This document shows positions 1 through 9,309 of a stretch of DNA of 64,000 nucleotides, piece by piece. Every line of letters begins with the position of its first letter. Within the stretch, counting starts at the first letter, position 1. The stretch comes from an uncultured bacterium (lineage in GTDB: Bacteria; Patescibacteriota; Minisyncoccia; UBA6257; 2-01-FULL-56-20): contig OY970358.1 of assembly GCA_963718575.1 (NCBI GenBank), positions 322,172-386,171 of the forward strand, read 5' to 3'. A model generated the notes under the pieces. The model did no database searches. It worked only from the letters and a program-made list of their open reading frames with translations, and was not told the DNA's origin. Position numbers and translations under genes: made by a program.

Positions 1-260
1 GTGCTCTTCCAGTTGATGATCGCGATCGCGACGATGATCACCGCCGGGATCGCCCACCACACGAGCTGACGCCACGCGCTGCCGACATGTTCCGGATCGT
101 ACTTTGCTTTTTTATTCCCCGCGCGGTATTTCCATGCAAACGTATAAAGCAAGATGAGCATCGGGACCGCCACAATAAGCATGATCGATACCACGAGGAT
201 GATCACGTTCCGTTCCTGCAATGCTATCGGGCCTTGGGGATCGAATACGCCGCCGGTCAT
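1..260 (-). CDS. Cytochrome o/aa3-type quinol oxidase subunit II-like, N-terminal part. The gene continues past the left edge of the window.
   Basis: Minus-strand translation from ATG at 258-260 reads MTGGVFDPQGPIALQERNVIILVVSIMLIVAVPMLILLYTFAWKYRAGNKKAKYDPEH...WWAIPAVIIVAIAIINWKS. This closely parallels the CyoA N-terminus (LDPKGQIGLEQRS...FAWKYRASNKDAKYSPNW...VVWTVPILIII) with its two TM helices. It is absent from the ORF track because it runs off the window. Confidence 0.6.
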   Translation of the reverse strand, partial: MTGGVFDPQGPIALQERNVIILVVSIMLIVAVPMLILLYTFAWKYRAGNKKAKYDPEHVGSAWRQLVWWAIPAVIIVAIAIINWKS

Positions 261-659
261 TCTTTGATTGTACCACGGGCATCATTTTGACTTATGGGAA
301 AAAGGATGATTATATGTGTTCAGATAGCGAAGCGGAAAGGAGGAAATAGATGCCGCTTCCACATTGCTCTCACAAGCGTGGTTCGACCAGTGAAAAACGC
401 GTGACGCTCTGCCCTGAATGCCGCCAACCCCAGATGACAGGACGCAACGGAAAATGTGGCGAGTGTGGAATATTGCTCGTCATACGCAACCCCGATCCCA
501 TTCAGCCACAGCAGATTCAATTGGCTTGGGATCTCGCCCTGGGATGGCCGCCAAGCGAAGGATGTTTCGCTTAGCCATTCCGCCCATAGCGCCCCGGATG
601 AACCATCCCGGCTCAGCGCTATTTTTTTATCCTGATGGTGTATACTGAATGGCAATCCT

Positions 660-1334
660 ATGAGGATCCTCGTGGTCGAAGACCAAAAAGAAACTGCGGC
701 GGTTTTAAAGCGCAAGCTCGAAGCCGAGTGTTATGCGGTGGACGTGGAGCACGACGGCGAACGCGGATTCTATAAAGCCCGCACGAACGATTACGATCTC
801 ATTTTGTTGGACAAAGGCCTGCCGGGAAAAGACGGTTATGAGATCTGTTCCGAACTTCGTGAATATAAAACGAACACGCCGATCATGATCCTGAGCGTCG
901 CGGCGGAGATCGAGGATAAGGTAAATCTTCTCAACTGCGGCGCGGACGATTATCTCACCAAGCCGTATTCGTTCAACGAGCTCTCGGCGCGCGTGAAGGC
1001 GTTGTTGCGCCGCCCGGCGCAGACCGAAGGGAAATCGCTCACGGTCGGCGATATGTCACTTGATCGCGAAACCTATTCTTTCACCTTTCATAACCATACG
1101 GGATATCTCACTCCGAAAGAATTCATGTTGCTTGAATATCTCATGAAGAACGCCGGCAAGGTCGTCTCGCGCGGAACATTGCTGGAACACGTCTGGGACG
1201 ACAGCGCCGACCAATTTTCAAAGAGCATCGAAACGCACATCATGAATCTCCGCAAAAAGATCGATCCGCGGGACAGGGACGCGTTCATCCGCGCCGTCCC
1301 CGGACGCGGCTATATCGTCGGCGGCGGCGCTTAA
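660..1334 (+). CDS. OmpR-family response regulator (receiver domain plus winged-helix DNA-binding domain)
   Basis: MRILVVEDQ...DLILLD (receiver domain with phospho-acceptor Asp). C-terminal trans_reg_C-like segment LTPKEFMLLEYLMKNAGKVVSRGTLLEHVWD...RGYIV. Confidence 0.9.
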   Translation: MRILVVEDQKETAAVLKRKLEAECYAVDVEHDGERGFYKARTNDYDLILLDKGLPGKDGYEICSELREYKTNTPIMILSVAAEIEDKVNLLNCGADDYLTKPYSFNELSARVKALLRRPAQTEGKSLTVGDMSLDRETYSFTFHNHTGYLTPKEFMLLEYLMKNAGKVVSRGTLLEHVWDDSADQFSKSIETHIMNLRKKIDPRDRDAFIRAVPGRGYIVGGGA

Positions 1335-1508
1335 CGGATATTTAATGTGAGCTGAGTATAATATGCGGGAAAGGTCGAAAAAATCCCACACAAATGATAT
1401 GAATACGTTATTGGAAAAGGTGCTTACCGAGACATCCGCGCGCGAGCCGGAAGAAGCGGAGACGCTCGCTATGGAGCAAGATGCGTTTGAGATCTGGGAT
1501 TGATCGCG

Positions 1509-2879
1509 ATGAACGAAGACCTCCTGAGAAGAAAACATATCCTCGAGATCCTTCTCATCGGATCGGTGGGAATGCTGGTAGTCCTCGACGCTTTTGTCCT
1601 TTTTCATTCCTTACAGGACGGCGCCGCGTATCCGGGCATCACGTTCGGGGTGTTCTCGATACTACCAGCATTCTTCATCATCCTGTACGTCCTCTCCCGC
1701 CGCGGATTCTCTGAATCGGTTTCCTATCTTTTGATATGGATCTATCTTGCAAGCGATAGTTATGTCGCATACCGGTGGGGTGTCAGAGTGCAGGTGGTGC
1801 TCATTGCATATGCGCTCATCATCGTCATGGCGACCATCCTTCGCGGGACGAAATTCGGATTTTTCATCACCGGTGCGATCGCCGCGTATATCACACCGCT
1901 ATGGTATCTCCAAATGCACGGCATCGTCCTCATGCCGACGGAACGCCCGAGCGGTGACGATGCCGTCGTTCTCTCGGTGCTCTATTTCCTCATCATGATC
2001 GTCGCATGGCTTTACGATCGCGAGATCCAGCAATCACTGCGCCGGGCAAAAGACTCCGAGGCTGCGCTCAAAGAAGAGCGCAATTCGCTGGAAATAAAAG
2101 TCACGGAACGCACTGACGAATTGCGACGGACCCAGCTGGAAAAAGTGCAACAATTGAACCGTCTCGCCGAACTCGGACAGCTTTCATCCGGACTCTTCCA
2201 TGACCTGCTCAACCTCCTCAACGCGCTTTCGCTCCGTTCGGAAGATGTCGGGGATCCGTCCCTTACAAGCGCATTCAACACCGCGAGGCAGATCGAAAAT
2301 TTCATGAAGGCGGTCCGGAAGCAGATCGGCGGGGTGAACACAAGCGAACTATTTTCTCTTATCGAAGGCATCGATCATGTCGTCCAGCTCGTCAATTATC
2401 AGGCCAATAAGGGACTTGTCCGCATCGATTTCCGTCACGAACCGGATGCGGACATCCGATACGCCGGCGTCCCGTTCAAATTTCAGGAAATCGTGATCAA
2501 TCTGCTCTTGAACGCCATCGAATCGTATGAAAATCTGCCGCGCAACGATACCCGCGCGCGGACCATCGGGGTGACGATCGGGGAACGGTCCGGGCTCGTG
2601 ACATTCTGCGTCCGGGATAACGGATGCGGCATGACGCCCGCGGTCCGCGCGCGGGTATTTGAACCGTTCTTCACCACAAAGGACGCATCAAAAGGGATCG
2701 GGATAGGCCTTGCAACGATAAAGAAAATAATCGAAGAGGATTTTTCCGGCACGATCGCAGCAGAAAGCGAGCCGGGACGAGGATCCGTATTCACTGTCAC
2801 ATTTCCCATACATCATGAAGGATCATCAGAGAACGATCGACCGCGCGCTCACGCGCATCAGGGGCCAACAATCCCCTGA
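1509..2879 (+). CDS. Membrane sensor histidine kinase
   Basis: About 170 aa of N-terminal TM helices and a coiled-coil linker. H-box LSSGLFHDLLNLLN. HATPase_c motifs NLLLNAIES, RDNGCGM and GIGIGL. Lies immediately downstream of the response regulator. ATG at 1509 is preferred over the TTG at 1500 used in the ORF track. Confidence 0.85.
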   Translation: MNEDLLRRKHILEILLIGSVGMLVVLDAFVLFHSLQDGAAYPGITFGVFSILPAFFIILYVLSRRGFSESVSYLLIWIYLASDSYVAYRWGVRVQVVLIAYALIIVMATILRGTKFGFFITGAIAAYITPLWYLQMHGIVLMPTERPSGDDAVVLSVLYFLIMIVAWLYDREIQQSLRRAKDSEAALKEERNSLEIKVTERTDELRRTQLEKVQQLNRLAELGQLSSGLFHDLLNLLNALSLRSEDVGDPSLTSAFNTARQIENFMKAVRKQIGGVNTSELFSLIEGIDHVVQLVNYQANKGLVRIDFRHEPDADIRYAGVPFKFQEIVINLLLNAIESYENLPRNDTRARTIGVTIGERSGLVTFCVRDNGCGMTPAVRARVFEPFFTTKDASKGIGIGLATIKKIIEEDFSGTIAAESEPGRGSVFTVTFPIHHEGSSENDRPRAHAHQGPTIP

Positions 2880-4818
2880 CGGAAGCTTCATAAGCCTCTC
2901 GGGTTTTTCTCCCGATGATTTTTCCGATGCGATTCCCCGCCGGACGACATTCTTTACCGCAACCATCCTGGCGTGTCTGCACACTATCAGAAAACAAACC
3001 CCCGAGATCCATAACCGGGCGGCGGAATTCTTGCGGAAGGAAAAGAGCGAGCGATGCTCTTTCAATTATTGGGCGCGGCATGAATACGGACAAACCAACC
3101 CTCCTCATCCACCCTATCCGGACGATCTCGATGATACATTTGCCGCACTGATAGCGCTCGCAGGACATGATCGAAAGAGCATTGATGCCCGCTCGCTCGC
3201 CGCGGTGGCGAGACTGCTGACCGCCAGTGAAATTCACGCGGGCGGCCCGTATCGAACCTGGCTTGTGCCGAACAATGCCCCGGGGGCATGGCAGGATATC
3301 GACCTCGTGGTCAATTCCACGATCGGGTATTTTCTCTCGCTTATGGAAGTACATCTCCCGCGCCTGGAATATTTTATAAACGACGCGGTGAATAAAAATG
3401 AGCTCGCCTCCCCCTACTATCCCGGGATATTCCATGTTGGTTATTTTCTCTCACGATTTTATGAGAGCGTGAGCAGCAATGCGAAAAATGGTTGTGCCGA
3501 TGCCCGGATGAAATTGGCGGATATCGTCATCGGCCGCCTATACAAAACCGACGGCAGAACCATCACAACACTCGAACAATCAATGGCCATTTCATCGCTC
3601 ATCGCCCTTGGATGCGCAGAGCGGGACGTCGCCCCGGCGGCCAATCTGCTCGTGGAGCGCATAGAGCACGAAGGGTTCCGGCCTTACGCTTTCTGCATTG
3701 ATCCCGCACGTGAGGGCAGGCGATGCTACGCCGGCGCGTCCGCGCTGACCGCCGCTTTTTCCGCCGAAGCGCTCACGCGCCGTGCCGCTTTTCGCGATGC
3801 GGCGACGCCAGCGTGTGCGCCGCCGCCCGACGATCACATTCATGGCCTCGCCCGCACGGCATGCAGGGAGCTGAGCCACGACCTGCAGGGCATGGCCCTC
3901 GCAGAAATAGAAAAGGTTTCCGACGAGAAGATCACGACCCTCGCCTATGACTTCCGAGAGGTACTCTCTAAAAGCGGGATTATTATTCCGCTCGAGATCA
4001 CCGAACAACTTTCGCTCGCAAATCTTTATGGCTGGATGGCATACACGATCTACGATGACACCCTCGACGGCGAGTGCGATCGCGCGCTGATCCCCTGCGC
4101 GAACTTCTTCCTTAGGATGCTCACGGAACTATATCTTTCGCTCGAGCCGCAGATCCCCGGCGCGAAATGCCTTTTTTTAAAAACTACAAATCAAATTGAC
4201 GCCGCCGCCGTGTGGGAGCAAGCTCATTGCCGCATCGATCCGGAGCCGGGCGGCCTTCTCCCGTCGCCATTGCCATCGTTCGGCGATCATCAAACTCTTG
4301 CCGACCGGAGCATCGGACACGCGATGGGACCGCTCGCGGAAATGCTCTTTGCCGGATTTACCACGGACTCCGAAGAGTATCGAAATGTCGAATGCTTTTT
4401 CCGACACTATCTTATTGTCCGTCAGCTCCACGACGATGCACATGACTGGGCGGAAGACCTTCTCCATGGCCGCATAAATAGCGCGGGAACCATCGTTATG
4501 TATAAATTTCAAAAGAAATATCCTGACAGGGCGGAGGCTAAACCGATCCCCGTGATACTTCCCGAGCTGAAGGGAGTATTCTGGCAGGAAGTCATCGATG
4601 AGGTCGTAGGCCTTATACTCTCGCACGCTGCCGCCGCGAGGAACTTCAGAAAAGCGTCCGCTATGTTAAGCGATAGCGACTTCATGGAACATACGCTCCG
4701 AAAGCTCGAATCAGGCGCCATACGGGCGCTCAAAGAGCGAAACGATGCGCTTGTTTTTCTTAAGGATTATGGCAGTTCCCGGCCACCTGGCGTGACACCA
4801 GGAAAACCATTAAGCTAA
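2815..4818 (+). CDS. Two-domain terpene-synthase-like protein: an N-terminal class II cyclase-like alpha/alpha toroid and a C-terminal class I prenyl-synthase-like domain with two DDxxD motifs
   Basis: QW-like QQSPDGSF and a DxDDTA-type motif (PDDLDDTFAALIA) in the N-terminal half. IYDDTLDGE and about 130 aa later LHDDAHDWAED in the C-terminal half, spaced like FARM/SARM. The start overlaps the kinase gene by about 65 nt. Confidence 0.55.
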   Translation: MKDHQRTIDRALTRIRGQQSPDGSFISLSGFSPDDFSDAIPRRTTFFTATILACLHTIRKQTPEIHNRAAEFLRKEKSERCSFNYWARHEYGQTNPPHPPYPDDLDDTFAALIALAGHDRKSIDARSLAAVARLLTASEIHAGGPYRTWLVPNNAPGAWQDIDLVVNSTIGYFLSLMEVHLPRLEYFINDAVNKNELASPYYPGIFHVGYFLSRFYESVSSNAKNGCADARMKLADIVIGRLYKTDGRTITTLEQSMAISSLIALGCAERDVAPAANLLVERIEHEGFRPYAFCIDPAREGRRCYAGASALTAAFSAEALTRRAAFRDAATPACAPPPDDHIHGLARTACRELSHDLQGMALAEIEKVSDEKITTLAYDFREVLSKSGIIIPLEITEQLSLANLYGWMAYTIYDDTLDGECDRALIPCANFFLRMLTELYLSLEPQIPGAKCLFLKTTNQIDAAAVWEQAHCRIDPEPGGLLPSPLPSFGDHQTLADRSIGHAMGPLAEMLFAGFTTDSEEYRNVECFFRHYLIVRQLHDDAHDWAEDLLHGRINSAGTIVMYKFQKKYPDRAEAKPIPVILPELKGVFWQEVIDEVVGLILSHAAAARNFRKASAMLSDSDFMEHTLRKLESGAIRALKERNDALVFLKDYGSSRPPGVTPGKPLS

Positions 4819-4834
4819 AGGGAGGTCATTTCAA

Positions 4835-5185
4835 ATGACGGAAGGGGGGTGGAATATGGTCATCGAAGGCTGCGAAGAAAAAGCGTCGACCTTCACGTCG
4901 GAAGAAGATCTGCACGGAAAGATCGAGATCATCCAGGCAGAGCTCGAGCGTATGACGAAAGAAAAGAAGCCCGGCAAAGCAGGGGCTCAGGCATGGGTGA
5001 ACGAGGCTGATCATAAGATCAATAAAGCTTTCAATCTCCTTAAGCTCAAAGGGCAATATCCTGAGGAAGAATATCCCCGGTTGAAAGAGGTCTTCGCACA
5101 ACTCGAGGCGGTCGCCAAGAAGGCCGACGAAGACCGATTCCGCTATGGGACAAATATGAGACTTCCCGAATTCACCGTCGGCTGA
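4835..5185 (+). CDS. Hypothetical protein (116 aa, charged, predicted helical)
   Basis: ORF with a good RBS (AGGGAGG) about 8 nt upstream. No recognisable motifs. Confidence 0.5.
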   Translation: MTEGGWNMVIEGCEEKASTFTSEEDLHGKIEIIQAELERMTKEKKPGKAGAQAWVNEADHKINKAFNLLKLKGQYPEEEYPRLKEVFAQLEAVAKKADEDRFRYGTNMRLPEFTVG

Positions 5186-5247
5186 GTGCGCTTCACACTC
5201 ACAGCGCCTGAACACTCAGACAGGCGCTGTTATTTTTTGAAAAATAT

Positions 5248-6117
5248 CTATCCCTTAACACAAACAAGGCACAAGAACAGCGGAATCTCCTTTCGTGCCA
5301 GGTCCTCCGCAATAGCCCGCGGGCCGTCCTGGCTCTTTTTATGCGAGTTCCATTCTTCTATAAGGGATACCGCGAACCCCGCTTTATTGAGCGCTTTAAA
5401 ATAATACTGGAGCGGCCGATGGAACGACGTCGTGTACTGGCCCGGCTTGTCGCCCGGATGCATTTGGATCGGCACTTTCAGCTCGGAAAGATAGCGATCA
5501 ACGCGACGATACTGCACCTTCTCTCTTTCGTCCCACCCCCAGGCACTCGCCTTCGGCACGCGAAACGCGGGATGGTTGAGCACGATATATACCTTGCCGT
5601 CTTTTTTAAGGACACGCGCGCATTCGCGCACGACCGCCCCGACGTTCTCCATATTTTGCAACGCGAGCACGATCGCGGCCTTATCCACGCTTGCATTTTT
5701 TATGAACGGCAGCGCATCACCGGCTGCAACGTGAAATAGCGCTGATGGCACATTTTTTTGCGCGATCCCGATGAGCGCCTTGGAGGCATCAACGCCCGTC
5801 ACGATGGCACCGCGTGCGGCGAACTCGCGCGTGAAGAATCCCGGCCCGCAGGCGAGGTCAAGCACGGCATCGCCGCGACGAACATCCATTAACCGCAAAA
5901 GGTTCGGCAGGATCAGCTCCTTCTGATACGTCCCCTCTCCATTAAGCAACTTGTCGTACCATTCCGCGACGTTCTCCCAGGAAGTGCTCCTGGGCGCGGG
6001 CTTCGCCTTCGATCTCGGCTTTGGTCTTTGCGTCGGCATCCATCCATTATGCCATGATTCCGCAAAAGTGAAATAAACCGGCCCGTCGACCGGTATATAT
6101 ACGTAACAATGGCTCAA
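5248..6117 (-). CDS. Class I SAM-dependent methyltransferase
   Basis: Motif I VLDLACGPGFFTREFA followed by D-ASK. Rossmann-like methyltransferase fold pattern. Confidence 0.8.
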   Translation of the reverse strand: MSHCYVYIPVDGPVYFTFAESWHNGWMPTQRPKPRSKAKPAPRSTSWENVAEWYDKLLNGEGTYQKELILPNLLRLMDVRRGDAVLDLACGPGFFTREFAARGAIVTGVDASKALIGIAQKNVPSALFHVAAGDALPFIKNASVDKAAIVLALQNMENVGAVVRECARVLKKDGKVYIVLNHPAFRVPKASAWGWDEREKVQYRRVDRYLSELKVPIQMHPGDKPGQYTTSFHRPLQYYFKALNKAGFAVSLIEEWNSHKKSQDGPRAIAEDLARKEIPLFLCLVCVKG

Positions 6118-6160
6118 GGTCGATCAATATAAACCAATAATCATTGACCACCCATTATCT

Positions 6161-6250
6161 ATGGCCGATATGGATGACGATCGATGCCCGGAGTGCAAAC
6201 ACGAGCACACCGCAGAGGACGGTAGCTGCCGGTGCGGATGCCAGGCATAG
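6161..6250 (+). CDS. Tiny Cys-rich ORF (29 aa): MADMDDDRCPECKHEHTAEDGSCRCGCQA
   Basis: CxxC...CxCxC pattern, followed directly by a strong terminator. Below the size cut-off of the ORF track. May not be expressed. Confidence 0.25.
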   Translation: MADMDDDRCPECKHEHTAEDGSCRCGCQA

Positions 6251-6256
6251 GAATAT

Positions 6257-6292
6257 ATAAAACCCCCTTTGGTATTTTTACCAAAGGGGGTT
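6257..6292. terminator. Bidirectional rho-independent terminator (16-bp perfect stem, T/A runs on both sides)
   Basis: aaaaccccctttggta-tttt-taccaaagggggtttt. Confidence 0.8.
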
Positions 6293-6707
6293 TTATATGA
6301 CTGATACTGACGGGGGCGTTACTGTCGTTTTTTATTTTTCAAAAATTCCACCAGCTTCTCCTCTATTATTTTTTTGTTAATGCCAACGTCATCCTCGCGC
6401 TCTATAAGCTTGTTTAATTGTTCAAAATCCATCGATCCCTCCCCTCCTTCCTGGATCAGCTTGCTCTCTTCATCCAGAAGTTGGTGCATCTCCGCGCTTA
6501 AATCAAAGTGTTCCCTTTTTAATCGGGCAATTTCCTGCTCGACAGACGCCTCCGACTCTCGCTCGGCGAATTCCGGAGGCGCTCCCCGCTCCTGAATTTA
6601 CGAAGCCCTTTCATCCAGCTCCTCTTTCCATGGTTCATCTTTCTTAAAGCTTTCTTTCATACGATAAATATACCATGGATACCCAGCCAAGCAATCCCCT
6701 AGGGTTG

Positions 6708-7895
6708 TCAGTTCAGCGAATTCCAGATCGCCGGATCGATATCCCCGTCCGCCTTGAAGAACATCACGCCGCGCAGGCCGTACTGCTTTGCGAGGGCAAC
6801 TTTCTGCAACTCCGACGTGGCGTCGGGGAAAGAAACGAAGAACGTTGTGGATGCGTTCGGATCGACGGTGTCGAGCACCGCAGGCTCCGTGGAGGAGACG
6901 TAATTGGTGAGGTCGATCGGCGCCTGAATGTACGTACTCGACGTGAAGGTATAGCTCAACTCTCCCGCGTTGTCGCGCACCGGATTGATGCCGAGCGAGT
7001 CCGCGCGATCCATCGCGCCAAAGTAGTCCCACGCGCGCACTTCCTGATAGGTCGTCACATTGTTGCTCCACGAGACCTCGTACTCATAGCCATACGTCGG
7101 GATGCCCAACATGATCTTGCGCGGATTGATGTACTGGATCGCGTACTGGATGATCTTCGTCACCCACGCCGGATCCGCCGTCGGCGAGTAAAGCGTGCCA
7201 TCGCCGCCCTTGCTCGCATCGAGCTTAAGGTCCGTCGTCCCCTGATCGTACGCCATCAACCGCACTTCATCGCAATACTGATTGAGCACGGTATAATTTT
7301 CGGGATAGGTGATGTTCGCCGGAACGACGACATATACATTGCTTGGCGGTTCGCGTGGAACAACAGTGCACGTAAGCACCTTGTTCTCCGCATGGAGACG
7401 TTGCGAAAGCCCCTCTATAAATAGAGAATAGTACGGGCGCGTAGATGTGGACATCGCTTCAAAATCAATATCGATGCCGTCAAAACTATTTGCCTTTGCG
7501 AGCTGGGCAATGCTCGTCTCCTCCGCCTGCCGCGCCTTCGCGACGGAAAGCAGATTATAGATGCCATTCGTGTCGAACCATGCGATCGTCGGGATCACCT
7601 TGACGCCGCCCGACTGCACCGCCGACATCCATCCGGTCCAAAGACCCTGGCTGATCCCAAGATCGTCTTTTATGGTCCCGGGAGCTACGATCTCATACGA
7701 AAACGGGCTCACTTCTTGCAATGAGTTAAGGTTGACCGCAATCTGCTGCTCCCCCGCAGAGCCGGTCCAGTACGGCACCCATGCGCCGTAATAGAAGGGC
7801 AACCTGGAGGCGGTCGTCGCCGCGGACGCAAAAAACGGCACCATGCCCAACGCAAGCGCAACCAACCCGGCCTTGATGATAATAGTTCCCCGCAT
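6708..7895 (-). CDS. Secreted glycoside hydrolase family 18 (chitinase-like) protein
   Basis: Signal peptide MRGTIIIKAGLVALALGMVPFFASAA. GH18 catalytic motif DGIDIDFE. The start is chosen at the signal-peptide Met; the upstream in-frame extension overlaps the neighbouring gene. Confidence 0.8.
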   Translation of the reverse strand: MRGTIIIKAGLVALALGMVPFFASAATTASRLPFYYGAWVPYWTGSAGEQQIAVNLNSLQEVSPFSYEIVAPGTIKDDLGISQGLWTGWMSAVQSGGVKVIPTIAWFDTNGIYNLLSVAKARQAEETSIAQLAKANSFDGIDIDFEAMSTSTRPYYSLFIEGLSQRLHAENKVLTCTVVPREPPSNVYVVVPANITYPENYTVLNQYCDEVRLMAYDQGTTDLKLDASKGGDGTLYSPTADPAWVTKIIQYAIQYINPRKIMLGIPTYGYEYEVSWSNNVTTYQEVRAWDYFGAMDRADSLGINPVRDNAGELSYTFTSSTYIQAPIDLTNYVSSTEPAVLDTVDPNASTTFFVSFPDATSELQKVALAKQYGLRGVMFFKADGDIDPAIWNSLN

Positions 7896-7899
7896 TGTC

Positions 7900-8781
7900 T
7901 TATTTAATACAAATATAATTTCCTTTCCTAACGATAAAACCTTCTTTTTCCAGACCGGCGATGATCTTTTTAAATCTTGTCGCGGGAATTGCAAGTTTCT
8001 TTTGAAGCCGCGCCGCGCTTATTTTACTCCCCTCGATAGAAAGCGTCGAACGCAGGATTTTTCCGCGAAGCTCACGATCGGATCCGGCAAATGCTGATTG
8101 CTTTTTATAATGCGCACTGCGACGGTTGGGATTAGAAGCCTTTGCCACCGCTCGCCGTCCGGGCATCGCCGCGCCCGCAGTATTCATTGCTGCTCCGTAA
8201 TCCATCAACGCCCAATACCATTCACGCGGATTCTTTTTGTCGACACTACTTTCGATATAACGTTCCAGCTCCACATCGGTTACCCTGCGCCGGCGCGGAA
8301 AGAAAAAATGGATGAACACGCGCCGGATGTTCGTCTCAATGAACACTTCCGGCTTGTTGAACGCAAACGCCATGAGCGATCCCGACGTCCCCTTCCCGAT
8401 GCCGGGCAGCAGCTCCAACGCCTCTCTATCATCAGGAAGCCGACCGTCAAAGTCTCTTGTTACTATCTCCGCCGTGCGTTTTAGGAACACCGCGCGGCGA
8501 TTGTAGCCGAGCCCCTGCCATGCGGCGAGCACATCGCTCGTTCTCGCGCCCGCGAGGGCACGAACATTCGGAAACTGCTCGAGAAATTTTTTGTAATACT
8601 CCGCGACCCGCGTTACCTGCGTCTGTTGAAGCATGACCTCCGAGATCAGGATCGCGTAGGGATCACGCGTGCGCCGCCATGGCAGGCTCGTACGGCCTTC
8701 GCGACGGTAATATGCCCAGATGATCTTTTTAAAATCGGCAATCGTCGGCTTTTGAGACATTAAATCTATATTAACCGCCAT
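7900..8781 (-). CDS. HhH-GPD DNA glycosylase (MutY/Nth-like) with no Fe-S cysteine cluster and a C-terminal winged-helix-like tail
   Basis: PWRRTRDPYAILISEVMLQQTQV...LPGIGKGTSGSLMAFAFNKPEVFIETNIRRV. No Cys-x6-Cys-x2-Cys-x5-Cys motif. Confidence 0.75.
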   Translation of the reverse strand: MAVNIDLMSQKPTIADFKKIIWAYYRREGRTSLPWRRTRDPYAILISEVMLQQTQVTRVAEYYKKFLEQFPNVRALAGARTSDVLAAWQGLGYNRRAVFLKRTAEIVTRDFDGRLPDDREALELLPGIGKGTSGSLMAFAFNKPEVFIETNIRRVFIHFFFPRRRRVTDVELERYIESSVDKKNPREWYWALMDYGAAMNTAGAAMPGRRAVAKASNPNRRSAHYKKQSAFAGSDRELRGKILRSTLSIEGSKISAARLQKKLAIPATRFKKIIAGLEKEGFIVRKGNYICIK

Positions 8782-8912
8782 TTGCGCTTTTGGGAAAGGT
8801 TATGGCATAATAAGAGCGATGTAAGTGTTCTTAGTAAGTTTCCACTGGCCGCACTAATGTGGCGCAGAAGCAGAGGAGAAGGAGGTCGCCTTACACATCA
8901 TATAGCAATTGA

Positions 8913-9236
8913 ATGGCTACAAAATTATATATAGGAGGTTTACCGTACTCGACGACGCAGGATGAACTCCAGGAGGCATTCGCGAAGGCTGGCGCAGTCG
9001 TGTCCACGAGCATTATCATGGACAAGATGACCGGTCGCTCACGCGGCTTCGGCTTCGTCGAAATGGGTTCCGATGAAGACGCTCAGAAGGCGATCGAAAT
9101 GTGGAACGGCCAAGATTTCGACGGGCGCAAGCTCACCGTCAACGAGGCAAAACCTTTGGAGGCTCGCCCTCCGCGCCGTGAAGGCGGCGGAAGCCGCTTC
9201 GGCGGTGGCAATGGCGGCGGACGCGACTGGCAGTAA
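8913..9236 (+). CDS. RRM-type RNA-binding protein with a Gly/Arg-rich tail
   Basis: RNP2 KLYIGGL and RNP1 RGFGFVEM. Tail GGGSRFGGGNGGGRDWQ. Confidence 0.9.
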   Translation: MATKLYIGGLPYSTTQDELQEAFAKAGAVVSTSIIMDKMTGRSRGFGFVEMGSDEDAQKAIEMWNGQDFDGRKLTVNEAKPLEARPPRREGGGSRFGGGNGGGRDWQ

Positions 9237-9309
9237 ATCGCCAGTTCGTCAGCTCCTCAAAAATACCCCGAAAGGGGTATTTTTGTTTCTGTGATAAAGT
9301 CGTAAATAG

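Noticed and set aside
320-715. 131-aa minus-strand ORF upstream of the response regulator
   Set aside because: It occupies the regulator's promoter/5' region and overlaps two other ORFs of similar size on the plus strand. None has protein-like features.
2815-2879. Possible frameshift between the histidine kinase and the terpene-synthase-like gene because of a 65-nt overlap
   Set aside because: Both ORFs are intact with proper N- and C-termini, so this is an ordinary overlap.
6675-7424. 249-aa plus-strand ORF
   Set aside because: It is antisense to the GH18 gene, which has a signal peptide and the DGIDIDFE catalytic motif. Its composition is Arg-rich and nonsense-like.
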